From IMG/VR virus record IMGVR_UViG_3300045988_179616, positions 32,001 to 96,000 of that record: a stretch of DNA of 64,000 bases, one strand, 5' to 3'. Both the position numbers and the translations under genes were made by a program. Below the pieces are notes generated by a model. That model worked only from the letters and a program-made list of their open reading frames with translations, had not been told where the DNA came from and made no database searches. This document shows positions 51,359 to 60,439 of the stretch, piece after piece. The stretch comes from a virus. Within the stretch, counting starts at the first letter, position 1, and each line of letters opens with the position of its first letter.

Positions 51359-52624
51359 ATTTTTCCTTTTATCCAACTCTTTTATAATTTGGTCTATTCG
51401 GCGCGCGCACTCTCTAAATTCAACCGATGTCCACCCTTTTGTAGTCATAGCTGGTGTTCCAATTCGTAAACCAGAAGTCTCCATCGGACTTCGATTTTCA
51501 TTAGGGATACAATTCTTATTTAGAGTAATATTATGCTTATCAAGTTCTTCTTGAACTTCGCGCCCTGTAAGATTAGGATAGTTATAAGTGAGATCAATTA
51601 GGAATAGGTGATTATCTGTTCCTCCACTTACAATTTTATATCCAAGGCTCTGAAATTCGTTGCACATTGCTTTGGAATTCAAAACTACTTGCTTAGCATA
51701 ATCTCTAAATTCAGGAGTTAGGGCCTCTTCAGCGCAGACTGCTTTTCCTGCAATGACGTGCATCAAAGGCCCTCCCTGATTACCCGGGAAGACCGCGCCG
51801 TCTACCTTCTTCGCTAGTTCTGGCTTACAAAAGATTAGTCCGCCACGTGGCCCGCGCAGAGTCTTATGAACAGTAGTAGTAATAATATCAGCCAAACCAA
51901 AAGGAGAAGGATGACATCCACTGGCTATCAATCCTGCAATATGTGCCATGTCAACCATAAAATATGGTCGATAATTATCATTTCTTTCAATCATCCCTTC
52001 AAGTTGAATCACATCAATTATTTCTTTCATTCTCTTGAAATCAATAATGCGACTATAGGCACTTGCGCCAGCTAAGACTAGTTGTGGATGGTAAAAACGA
52101 ATTTTTTGTTCAAAATCCTTATAATCAATAAATCCATTTTTATCTACTCCATACTCAATATGATTGAAAATTTTACCACTAATATTGACAGGAGAGCAAT
52201 GTGATAAGTGGCCTCCATTCGCCAAGGACATGGAAAGAATTGTATCTCCTGGTTTTAGAACTGCCATATATGCCGAAATATTAGCTTGAGTTCCACTATG
52301 AGGCTGGACATTTACATGATAGTCAGTATTGAAAACTTCTCTCCACTTATTACAGCAATATTCTTCTATTTGGTCTACTACTTGACATCCACCATAATAG
52401 CGTCCTTGACGTCCAGAATATCGTGAACATTCAGGATATCCCTCAGCGTATTTAGCTGTAAGACAAGAAGCCATAGTAGCTCGAACTGCATCACTAGGAT
52501 AGTTTTCACTAGCGATGAGCTCGATATTTTTTTGTTGGCGTTCTGCTTCAATTCTAATTAGATTAGCTACCGTTGGAGAATGGTCATTTACAAAATTATA
52601 AACTATTGGATCTAAAGAACTCAA
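51344..52624 (-). CDS. glyA: serine hydroxymethyltransferase
   Basis: 426 aa. Contains ELIASENY, AEGYP..RYYGGC and the PLP-lysine block TTTVHKTLRGPRGG. Confidence 0.9.
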   Translation of the reverse strand: MSSLDPIVYNFVNDHSPTVANLIRIEAERQQKNIELIASENYPSDAVRATMASCLTAKYAEGYPECSRYSGRQGRYYGGCQVVDQIEEYCCNKWREVFNTDYHVNVQPHSGTQANISAYMAVLKPGDTILSMSLANGGHLSHCSPVNISGKIFNHIEYGVDKNGFIDYKDFEQKIRFYHPQLVLAGASAYSRIIDFKRMKEIIDVIQLEGMIERNDNYRPYFMVDMAHIAGLIASGCHPSPFGLADIITTTVHKTLRGPRGGLIFCKPELAKKVDGAVFPGNQGGPLMHVIAGKAVCAEEALTPEFRDYAKQVVLNSKAMCNEFQSLGYKIVSGGTDNHLFLIDLTYNYPNLTGREVQEELDKHNITLNKNCIPNENRSPMETSGLRIGTPAMTTKGWTSVEFRECARRIDQIIKELDKRKNLKKE

Positions 52625-52809
52625 CTTTCTTCCTCCTTTGCTTCTAAATAGCCTCTCATATGTTCATCTTTTAGGGCTTGTTGAATGTTCTTCCAAGCAT
52701 CGGGAAAAAGAGAACCAATCAAAAAACTAAAACTAATTTCTTCGCTATCAAAATTTTCAATAACTTTTGAAATTTTTTGAAAACGCTCTTTTGAAACTGT
52801 CATTTCCAT
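52621..52809 (-). CDS. hypothetical protein (62 aa)
   Basis: ORF overlapping the glyA start. Confidence 0.45.
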   Translation of the reverse strand: MEMTVSKERFQKISKVIENFDSEEISFSFLIGSLFPDAWKNIQQALKDEHMRGYLEAKEEES

Positions 52810-52821
52810 AACTAATTCTCC

Positions 52822-55080
52822 TTATCCACATCTACTCCAACCACAAGATTTACATATGACGCATCCGCCCTCTTGTATAAGCTCAGAACCGCACCCTGGA
52901 CATTTTGCGCCATTATCGGTCTCTGGATTGGATGAGGGTATGCTCTCAGAGCCTAGTGTTTGAGAATTGGAATTTGCCAAGGCAATAATTGAATTTCCTT
53001 TTTCAATTCTTTCTTTCATCTCCTTCCACATTTCCATAAGAGCATTGCCTACTGCCATAGGACAACAGGCGCCTTTTGAGGTATCATGCTTTGTGGCAGT
53101 CCGGGAGGCATAACTTGGACAGACGCCAGTGCTTTGAAGCTGGTCAGCAATATCTTCAATTTTTACACCGCCACGACAAGCTAGAGAAATCATTCGAGAA
53201 AGACCAACCATAAAGTTAGCACATCCGCCAGCACTTCCTTTATTTAGATAAATCTCCATCAAGTCACCAGTATGCGGGTCAAACCAGGCAGTACAATGGA
53301 GAGAACCACAACCAGTAGTTAAACGTCGTTTCATTCCAATTAGATTATCAGAACAGCTAATGATTTCTCCACGAGATAGACCTTTTTCCTCTTCTTTTTC
53401 TTGAGAGTTGTTAGTTGTTAGAATCCCAAGTCGCTTACAGCCATTTCTAAAAACAGTAATACCCTTTAGTCTTTCTGTCCAGGCATTTAGATAAATCTCT
53501 TCAACATCCTTAATAGTTGCTTCTTCTGGAAGATTTACGGTGCTACTAATAGAAGCGTCAATGTGTTTTTGCCATACTCCTTGCATTAGCACTCTATTTA
53601 GAGGAGAAATTGTCGATGAAGTACAAAACCAATTAGGAAGTTCAGTTTCATCTTTTATTCCATGTTCATCCATATATTCTTTTACAATTGGAGTATATAC
53701 CTTATAATATTCATCATGACCATGAAGAGATTCAGTTTTTCGAGTATAGGAATTAGCAAAAATTGGTTCAATCCCTCCACTAATTCCTAACATTGTAGAA
53801 ATAGTACCAGTCGGCGCGATTGTCAGCAATTGACTATTACGAAGACCATAAGCCTCTATCGCTTCTCTTGTACTTTCGCAAGTATTATTTTTTAGGAACT
53901 CACTTTTTTGGACACAAGATTTATAATTGTTATAAGAGCCAGCGTGTCCGGCAAGAAAAGCTGAAGTATATAAAGCCTGGTCGGCCATTACTAAGCCAAT
54001 TTCTTCACATAACTGTCGGGCCTGTTCTGAATCATAAGGAAGCTCCATTTTTATAAGCATATCAGCCAGCCCCATAATTCCAAGACCTATTTGACGCCAA
54101 TCTGCTACTGATTGCCTTTGTTCTTCTAAGGGATGCAAAGAAAGTCCTTCTTCCAGTACTTCGTTTAGATAGATGACACCATTAGCTACCGTTTCACTAA
54201 AATCATCAAAATCAAACTCTTTATCTTTTACAAAAGCAGAGAGATTTATACTTGACAAGAGACAAGACCCTCCCGCAGGAAGAGGCTCCTCCGCGCAGGG
54301 GTTGACTCCTGCATATTCAAAAGTATCGTCAAACTCAAGTAGATTATATTCTTTAATATTATCCCAGAATAGAATTCCAGGTTCTCCCCAATCCCAATTA
54401 TTTTTACATAGTTTTTCAAAAATATCCCTAGCCTTAGCACTTTTTGTAATGGTCTCTCCAGTTTCTGGACGAGTAAAAGACATGACCCAATTCTCGTCAT
54501 TGATTACGGCTTCCATAAAATCATCAGTTACTCGAACAGAAATGTTTGCTTTAGTAACAGCATCCGGAGAAGTCTTTGCATCAATAAAGTCCAAAAGGTC
54601 AGGATGATGACAGTCCAAACTAATCATCAATGCTCCGCGCCGGCCAGCTTGACCAATCTCTTCAGTCGTTTGACTATATCCTTGCATAAAACTTACTGCG
54701 CCGGTAGTTTGTTCTGCTTGATTATGAACCTTTGCGCCTGCGGGAGCTAATTTAGAAAGGTCAATTCCACAACCACCACCATAAGAATAGGTTCTAGCTA
54801 GTTTCTTACGACTTTCAAAAATAGATTCAATATTATCTTCTGGAGGAGTAATAACATAACAATTACTATAAGTTACTCGTGTATCAGTGATTCCCCGATT
54901 GCTAAGAATTCGTCCGCCGGGAATGAATTTTTTTTCAATAATTAGTTCTTTTATTGCTTCGTTATTTCCACTAACTCTATCTAGCCATTCGTCAAAAGTT
55001 TCGTTATTCTTTTTATACTTTCGATTCCATATATCTATACCCAAGCTATTATCTTTTCCTAGCCATTGTTCTACTGTCAT
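52822..55080 (-). CDS. nrdJ: class II (adenosylcobalamin-dependent) ribonucleotide reductase
   Basis: 752 aa in a single chain. It has the NPCAEEPLPAGGSCLLSSINLS active-site loop, TIAPTGTIS, and a C-terminal CPGCG...CVICKSCGWSRCG zinc ribbon. Confidence 0.85.
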   Translation of the reverse strand: MTVEQWLGKDNSLGIDIWNRKYKKNNETFDEWLDRVSGNNEAIKELIIEKKFIPGGRILSNRGITDTRVTYSNCYVITPPEDNIESIFESRKKLARTYSYGGGCGIDLSKLAPAGAKVHNQAEQTTGAVSFMQGYSQTTEEIGQAGRRGALMISLDCHHPDLLDFIDAKTSPDAVTKANISVRVTDDFMEAVINDENWVMSFTRPETGETITKSAKARDIFEKLCKNNWDWGEPGILFWDNIKEYNLLEFDDTFEYAGVNPCAEEPLPAGGSCLLSSINLSAFVKDKEFDFDDFSETVANGVIYLNEVLEEGLSLHPLEEQRQSVADWRQIGLGIMGLADMLIKMELPYDSEQARQLCEEIGLVMADQALYTSAFLAGHAGSYNNYKSCVQKSEFLKNNTCESTREAIEAYGLRNSQLLTIAPTGTISTMLGISGGIEPIFANSYTRKTESLHGHDEYYKVYTPIVKEYMDEHGIKDETELPNWFCTSSTISPLNRVLMQGVWQKHIDASISSTVNLPEEATIKDVEEIYLNAWTERLKGITVFRNGCKRLGILTTNNSQEKEEEKGLSRGEIISCSDNLIGMKRRLTTGCGSLHCTAWFDPHTGDLMEIYLNKGSAGGCANFMVGLSRMISLACRGGVKIEDIADQLQSTGVCPSYASRTATKHDTSKGACCPMAVGNALMEMWKEMKERIEKGNSIIALANSNSQTLGSESIPSSNPETDNGAKCPGCGSELIQEGGCVICKSCGWSRCG

Positions 55081-55271
55081 TAGCTCTCCTCCATGTCACA
55101 AAATTCACAATATCCTCCAACAAAATGATGTTGGCATTGAGATTGATAGTTTTTATTCTCTCGCAAAAGGCGCGCGACCTCATTATTTAGAGTGAACTGA
55201 TTAGGCGTGAGAAGCGTATTGATAAGTTGATTATTCAAATCAATAGCTTTTCGAATTTCAATTTGAGTCAT
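55080..55271 (-). CDS. small Cys-containing protein (63 aa)
   Basis: ORF overlapping the nrdJ start, with C..H......C..C at the C-terminus. Confidence 0.45.
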   Translation of the reverse strand: MTQIEIRKAIDLNNQLINTLLTPNQFTLNNEVARLLRENKNYQSQCQHHFVGGYCEFCDMEES

Positions 55272-56409
55272 TTATAATTTTCCTCCCATCAAAAATTACT
55301 TTTCTCCATTCATAAAACATTCTAAAGGCTTCATAGTTATTGAATCTAACATATTGAAAAGCATCTCTGGCTTCTTGTGTAGAAGGCCACCTTCGTTGAT
55401 ATTTTGCTCGCCAGCATTTCCAAGGGTCTTGATGTTTAGCTATCCATTTGCAATAATCAACAATTCTATCTGCTTTATAATTATAGTATTTTGACCTTAT
55501 AAACCAATTCAAGACCTCAAAAAGATTTTGTAATTCAGGAGTTGTGATTAGTGTGTCATCATATACAAGTGAAATTTTTATCCAATGTCTATGGAAAAAT
55601 AGAACTTGAGGAATAATTAAGGGTAAACGATTCATTAAAAAGTCATTCTCATCCTTGCATCCCTCGTCAACTTTATAAGACATTTGACTTGTTCCTAAAT
55701 CCCATAAATATCTCATTTTGTCACATAAGACGTCATCCATAAAATTATTATATTGTATTCCAAAAACATCTTCCATAATAGGTAGCCGTAACCATTTTAG
55801 TAGTTCTTCCTCTGAAGATACTTGTATAGGAAATTTAGTTCCAAGCGAATATGGTTTTACAGTATTGCTGTTCAAATTATTTCGAGAATACAACCACTCT
55901 TTTATGAAATCATAAGCACCATCAATGGCACCTACATCGTAATCATGAAGAATGAGGCATCTTGTATTTTGAAACATATAGTCCTCTTTTTTTAGCCAAG
56001 GGTCTATATTTTTCCCATCAATTGAAAGACGAATATGCGCGCTCCATAAAATTCTCTTGAATAGACGGGCGTCATCTTTTATACGACAAAAATTAGGAGA
56101 ATGACGCTCATAGATTGAAAAATCAGGAATGGTTTGTTCAATTTCAAGAGGAAGAGGTTTATATGGACCTGGTTGTATTGCACGTCCTCCAAGAATTATC
56201 TTATCATCAAATAATTCTCGTGGATAAATTCCATCATCATAATCTTTTCTTACATAAAGAGTAGAGAAGCGTTCTGGCGCCAACTCTGGTGCCAGAACAG
56301 AAATTTCTCTTTTTTTCTTATGATAAGCACAAAGCTTCGCGCACTCAAGATTGGGGAGGACATTTTGGTAAGTAAAGAAATCGTAATCATGTACCCCAAT
56401 TATTCCCAT
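55258..56409 (-). CDS. hypothetical protein of unknown function (383 aa) within the replisome operon
   Basis: Long ORF that is translationally overlapped with the dnaE stop. I recognised no motif. Confidence 0.6.
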   Translation of the reverse strand: MGIIGVHDYDFFTYQNVLPNLECAKLCAYHKKKREISVLAPELAPERFSTLYVRKDYDDGIYPRELFDDKIILGGRAIQPGPYKPLPLEIEQTIPDFSIYERHSPNFCRIKDDARLFKRILWSAHIRLSIDGKNIDPWLKKEDYMFQNTRCLILHDYDVGAIDGAYDFIKEWLYSRNNLNSNTVKPYSLGTKFPIQVSSEEELLKWLRLPIMEDVFGIQYNNFMDDVLCDKMRYLWDLGTSQMSYKVDEGCKDENDFLMNRLPLIIPQVLFFHRHWIKISLVYDDTLITTPELQNLFEVLNWFIRSKYYNYKADRIVDYCKWIAKHQDPWKCWRAKYQRRWPSTQEARDAFQYVRFNNYEAFRMFYEWRKVIFDGRKIINDSN

Positions 56410-59400
56410 TACTGTTCGGTCCTCCCCTGACTTTCTACTGTGCCATCTTCATTTATTTTTGTGATTAGCTCAATGCCATGATAAGGAGTATTTTTGTACT
56501 TTTTCATGACAAATTCGTTCTCTCTTCTGATGCCTGTGATAATGATTTTGTTTCCTCTACTGAAGATACTTTTCTCAATGACGTGTTTTTTGCCATCGGC
56601 GCCTCGTTCGCTAATTTGCTTGTCATAATAAGAAAAAACTTCACCAAAAACTCTTACATTCACAACGCCCTCTCTAGTCAAAACCGTTACCATTTTTTTA
56701 CTCTTATCTCTATCAAGGACAGTACCACAAATGCGATGAATCTTGAAAAGTGGGATTTTCTTTCCTTTTATTTCAATTATTCTATTAATTTCAGGCTGTT
56801 CGTTTAGTTCAAAGAAATTTGAAAAACCGCATAGCCGATAATTAACATCTTGAAGTTCATGCTGATGGAAATAACAAGAAACACTATCCATCTCCCATTT
56901 ACTAATAGAACCAAGACAGTATTTATTCCAAACATCAGACATTAGCCTATTATTTACATCATTTAGTAATAATTGGTTATTATCTTTTATGAAAGGACGA
57001 ATAATATCCATCTGAGCCTTATAAATTTTATCCCACTTGGTTTGAAGAATCGCAAATCCGCTTTCAGTATCATAAGGTTCTAGAAAGTCAACATCGAAGT
57101 TCTTTTCGTAAAAGCTCATTGCAATGTTATCTAATCCATAATATTGAGTCCCTATCTTCATCTTCTTTAGATATTTATTGAAATTAAAGACTCGTCTTTG
57201 AAGGTCGTACTCATCAGGAATCAAACCAAAATTAATCAACATCTTCATATTTTGGAGAGTTATCCGCTTTTTCGTATCACTAATTTCTGAGACATAATAT
57301 CGCATTAAGCTCTCTCTATCGCCAAATTCATCAAAAGCACCAGCTTTTATAAGATTTATCATTTGAGGCTTATTGATTTTTACTTTTGAGAGAAAATCAT
57401 CAATTGAGGAGTAAGGACGATTTTCGATTATGGATTTTACAATATCTTCGCCTACTTTTACAATTCCGCTCATACCAAAACGAATTATTGATTTTTCTAC
57501 ATCGGGAGAGAAGGTATAGGTAGACTTATTTATATCTGGGGGAGCAACATCAATTCCCGACATCTTCATTTTTCCAATGGCAGAACTAATTTTTCCATAA
57601 TTTGTAGTTTTAGCTTTTTTCTTTTTCTTTTTCTCTTTTATGACTTCTTCATCATCATCTTCATCATCATCGTTATCATCCTCAAATTCTTCTACGCAAT
57701 CAACATAAGTTTCTTCAATAGTATCGTCTTCCTCATCTTCTTCTGCTCCCTCATTTCCTCCACTGTCACTAATAAGACAAGCACAATTCCAGAAAATAAT
57801 CGGAAAGCAATAAGCCAGATTCATTTCTTGAAGAGCGATTAATGAGTAAGCTAAGGTATGCGATGCATTAAAGCCATAACCTTTACTCATACAAACCAAT
57901 ACATTCCAAACATACTTACAAAATTTCTCATCCAATCCTTTTTCTTTTATGACCCTAAAATATTCATCTTGTAGTTCAAGGAAAGCTTTAGGATTTTTCT
58001 TTGCGATAGATTTTCTTAGTTTATCTGCCCAGGTAAGATTGAAACCTCCACATTCAGGCAACTGAACCAATTCCATAAATTTCTCTTGAGACTCACAGAT
58101 ACCATAAGAAATCTTTACTACTGGTTCAAGAATTTTCATTTCTTCTTTTGTAAGACCGTAATTCTCCATTTCTTTATACCACAAAGAAATATCATTTTTA
58201 AAACGAGCAAACTTATTTAGAGGTTGCTCAGCTCCTTTTTCTTGAGCCATCAAACGAATTACAGAGTTCAAAACAGCTAAATCATCTACTGATTGAGGAT
58301 GAGTCAGTGCAATACCATTAATTCCACTTTGCTTTTCCATTTGAAACAAACTTGTGATTTTGTGGTCCCATACCATTTTCCACATATCCGGCGCTGTCCG
58401 CTCCAAATTGTAAATACCAATGATGCTTTCATAGGTTTCTTTTAGAGTATCTCTTTTTTTGACATATCCATAATCAACTAGTAAATCTAGGCAGTTATGG
58501 ATTTTATCCAGAGCTTCTACTGATAACAAGTCATACTTGATAAGCGACACATCCTCGCACGCATGGAGGTCAAAAGCTGTAATGATAGTTCCATCTGGCG
58601 CACGCATTAGTCCGGTTGAATTGGTAAAAGGCTCATCTACAAAGATTACTCCGCCGGCATGGATTCCGTACCCACAAATCAATCCCTCAATTTTTTGGGC
58701 AACTTTCCAAACTTCGGGATAGTTTTCGGTCATTTCATATACGAATTGTTTGATTGGTTTCCAATCATTTTCGGTATCACCATACATACATTGAGATAAG
58801 GTTCGTAATAATCCTCGGTCAGAGGGTATCAACGAGGCTAAATATGAGGCAATATCAACATCTATCCCTAGACCACGACAGGCGGTAAGGATTGCTGATT
58901 TAGATTTTTCTTGACGAAAAGTCGCAACATTTGAAACTCGATTATCTCCATAGACTTTTCGTAAATGGTTTAAGACCTCTGCGCGCCGACCACCCTCAAT
59001 ATCTACATCCACATCAAGTACAGAAACTCGGTCTGGATTTAGGAATCTCCATCTAAAAGTCTTAGTGGTTTCTTGCAGAGGATTGATTTGAGTTATATTC
59101 AAAAGATAAAGTAGGATAAAGCCTACTCCAGAGCCTCTTCCTGGCCCGACTAATGTACCAGCTTTCCAACATTCCTCAATAATTCTTTGAAGATTTAGAT
59201 AGTAAGCTGACCAATGGGCTTTGTTTACATTGGAAGAAATCCAAGTCATTTCAAGGCAGGCATTGACTTCATCCCAGGTCTTCTGATTCCACAATTCTTG
59301 AGGTCCATCTTCTAGTGCCTCAACAATCATACAAGCCAAAACTTGGTCTCCAACATAATCAGACTCCATGAATGTTTTCAGATAAGGAATTCTTTCTATC

Positions 59401-60377
59401 CAACAATTCTGAACATATTTAATTTTAGATTCTTTCCAAGGGAGTTGTGGAATATATAAAGGCTTTAGGAGACTATAATCCTCACACAAGTCCTTTATTT
59501 TTAGGATATTTCTATATGCTATTTGTAACTGCTCTTGTGAGAAATATCCAAAATAACTTTCAAGCTCTTCTGTATCCATTAGATAAGTTGTAGCGTAGAA
59601 ATCATCAACCTCTCTATCACCATTTTGAGCGTTTAGATAAGCCTTATGAATTGCTCTGTCTTCTTTTTTGAGATAATGAGTATCTGTTGTGATAATATAA
59701 GGAATTTCAAACTCATTTGATAATTCAAAAAGTTTTTTATTGACATAAATTTGTTCTTTATTATTACTGGGTTGCATTTCAAAAAAGAAATTTCCATGGC
59801 CGAATAGGTTGTCCATTTGTTTTATCCAGTTATGAATTTTTGGCATCAACTCTGGATTATCTTTTGCTTTTAGAAGCTGGGTAGAAAGGCATCCTCCAAG
59901 ACAAGCAGTTGAACCAATTACGTGGCCAGGATTCGCTCCAATAATTTCAAATAAGTCATTATAATAAGTTGGAACTCGACGCATTCCTCGCGCCATATAA
60001 CTTCTCAACCAAGCATGAGTAGAAATTTCACGAATCTGCTTATGACCGATGGCATCTTTGGCCAATAAGATAAAGTGATAATATTTGTCCTGTCCAGCTT
60101 TATAATTAGAAGCGTTTAGTCCATTTCGACAAAGATAAATTTCGTTTCCTTGGATGACTTTGAAGTTGGGATGGTTTTCTTTTATCTTTTTATAATATTT
60201 TTCAACTCTAACAGCTCCAGAGATACAATCATGGTTAGTAATGGCTACTACTTCATGTCCCAGCTCAATAGCATAATCAATCAAATCTTCGACTTTTATG
60301 ATACAGTCGCGCAGTCGAAGATTTGAGAACTCATCGTGGTTATGCAACGAGCCCGGATATGGGATTCTTTCACTCAT
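56409..60377 (-). CDS. dnaE: DNA polymerase III alpha subunit-like replicative polymerase (DnaE type, PHP domain)
   Basis: 1322 aa. It has a PHP N-terminus (SLHNHDEFSNLRLRD...ITNHD), GIHAGGVIF and KYDLLSVEAL, plus an acidic/Lys insertion near residues 870-920. Confidence 0.9.
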   Translation of the reverse strand: MSERIPYPGSLHNHDEFSNLRLRDCIIKVEDLIDYAIELGHEVVAITNHDCISGAVRVEKYYKKIKENHPNFKVIQGNEIYLCRNGLNASNYKAGQDKYYHFILLAKDAIGHKQIREISTHAWLRSYMARGMRRVPTYYNDLFEIIGANPGHVIGSTACLGGCLSTQLLKAKDNPELMPKIHNWIKQMDNLFGHGNFFFEMQPSNNKEQIYVNKKLFELSNEFEIPYIITTDTHYLKKEDRAIHKAYLNAQNGDREVDDFYATTYLMDTEELESYFGYFSQEQLQIAYRNILKIKDLCEDYSLLKPLYIPQLPWKESKIKYVQNCWIERIPYLKTFMESDYVGDQVLACMIVEALEDGPQELWNQKTWDEVNACLEMTWISSNVNKAHWSAYYLNLQRIIEECWKAGTLVGPGRGSGVGFILLYLLNITQINPLQETTKTFRWRFLNPDRVSVLDVDVDIEGGRRAEVLNHLRKVYGDNRVSNVATFRQEKSKSAILTACRGLGIDVDIASYLASLIPSDRGLLRTLSQCMYGDTENDWKPIKQFVYEMTENYPEVWKVAQKIEGLICGYGIHAGGVIFVDEPFTNSTGLMRAPDGTIITAFDLHACEDVSLIKYDLLSVEALDKIHNCLDLLVDYGYVKKRDTLKETYESIIGIYNLERTAPDMWKMVWDHKITSLFQMEKQSGINGIALTHPQSVDDLAVLNSVIRLMAQEKGAEQPLNKFARFKNDISLWYKEMENYGLTKEEMKILEPVVKISYGICESQEKFMELVQLPECGGFNLTWADKLRKSIAKKNPKAFLELQDEYFRVIKEKGLDEKFCKYVWNVLVCMSKGYGFNASHTLAYSLIALQEMNLAYCFPIIFWNCACLISDSGGNEGAEEDEEDDTIEETYVDCVEEFEDDNDDDEDDDEEVIKEKKKKKKAKTTNYGKISSAIGKMKMSGIDVAPPDINKSTYTFSPDVEKSIIRFGMSGIVKVGEDIVKSIIENRPYSSIDDFLSKVKINKPQMINLIKAGAFDEFGDRESLMRYYVSEISDTKKRITLQNMKMLINFGLIPDEYDLQRRVFNFNKYLKKMKIGTQYYGLDNIAMSFYEKNFDVDFLEPYDTESGFAILQTKWDKIYKAQMDIIRPFIKDNNQLLLNDVNNRLMSDVWNKYCLGSISKWEMDSVSCYFHQHELQDVNYRLCGFSNFFELNEQPEINRIIEIKGKKIPLFKIHRICGTVLDRDKSKKMVTVLTREGVVNVRVFGEVFSYYDKQISERGADGKKHVIEKSIFSRGNKIIITGIRRENEFVMKKYKNTPYHGIELITKINEDGTVESQGRTEQ

Positions 60378-60407
60378 TTACAAACCTCCTTTTTATTTTC
60401 TATATAT

Positions 60408-60436
60408 ATTATATACTAAATTCCAAAAAAATTCAA
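60408..60436 (-). promoter_or_regulatory. promoter TTGAAT-17-TATAAT (conserved class) upstream of dnaE
   Basis: The minus strand reads ttgaatttttttggaatttagtatataatatatatagaaaataaaaaggagg. Confidence 0.55.
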
Positions 60437-60439
60437 CTA

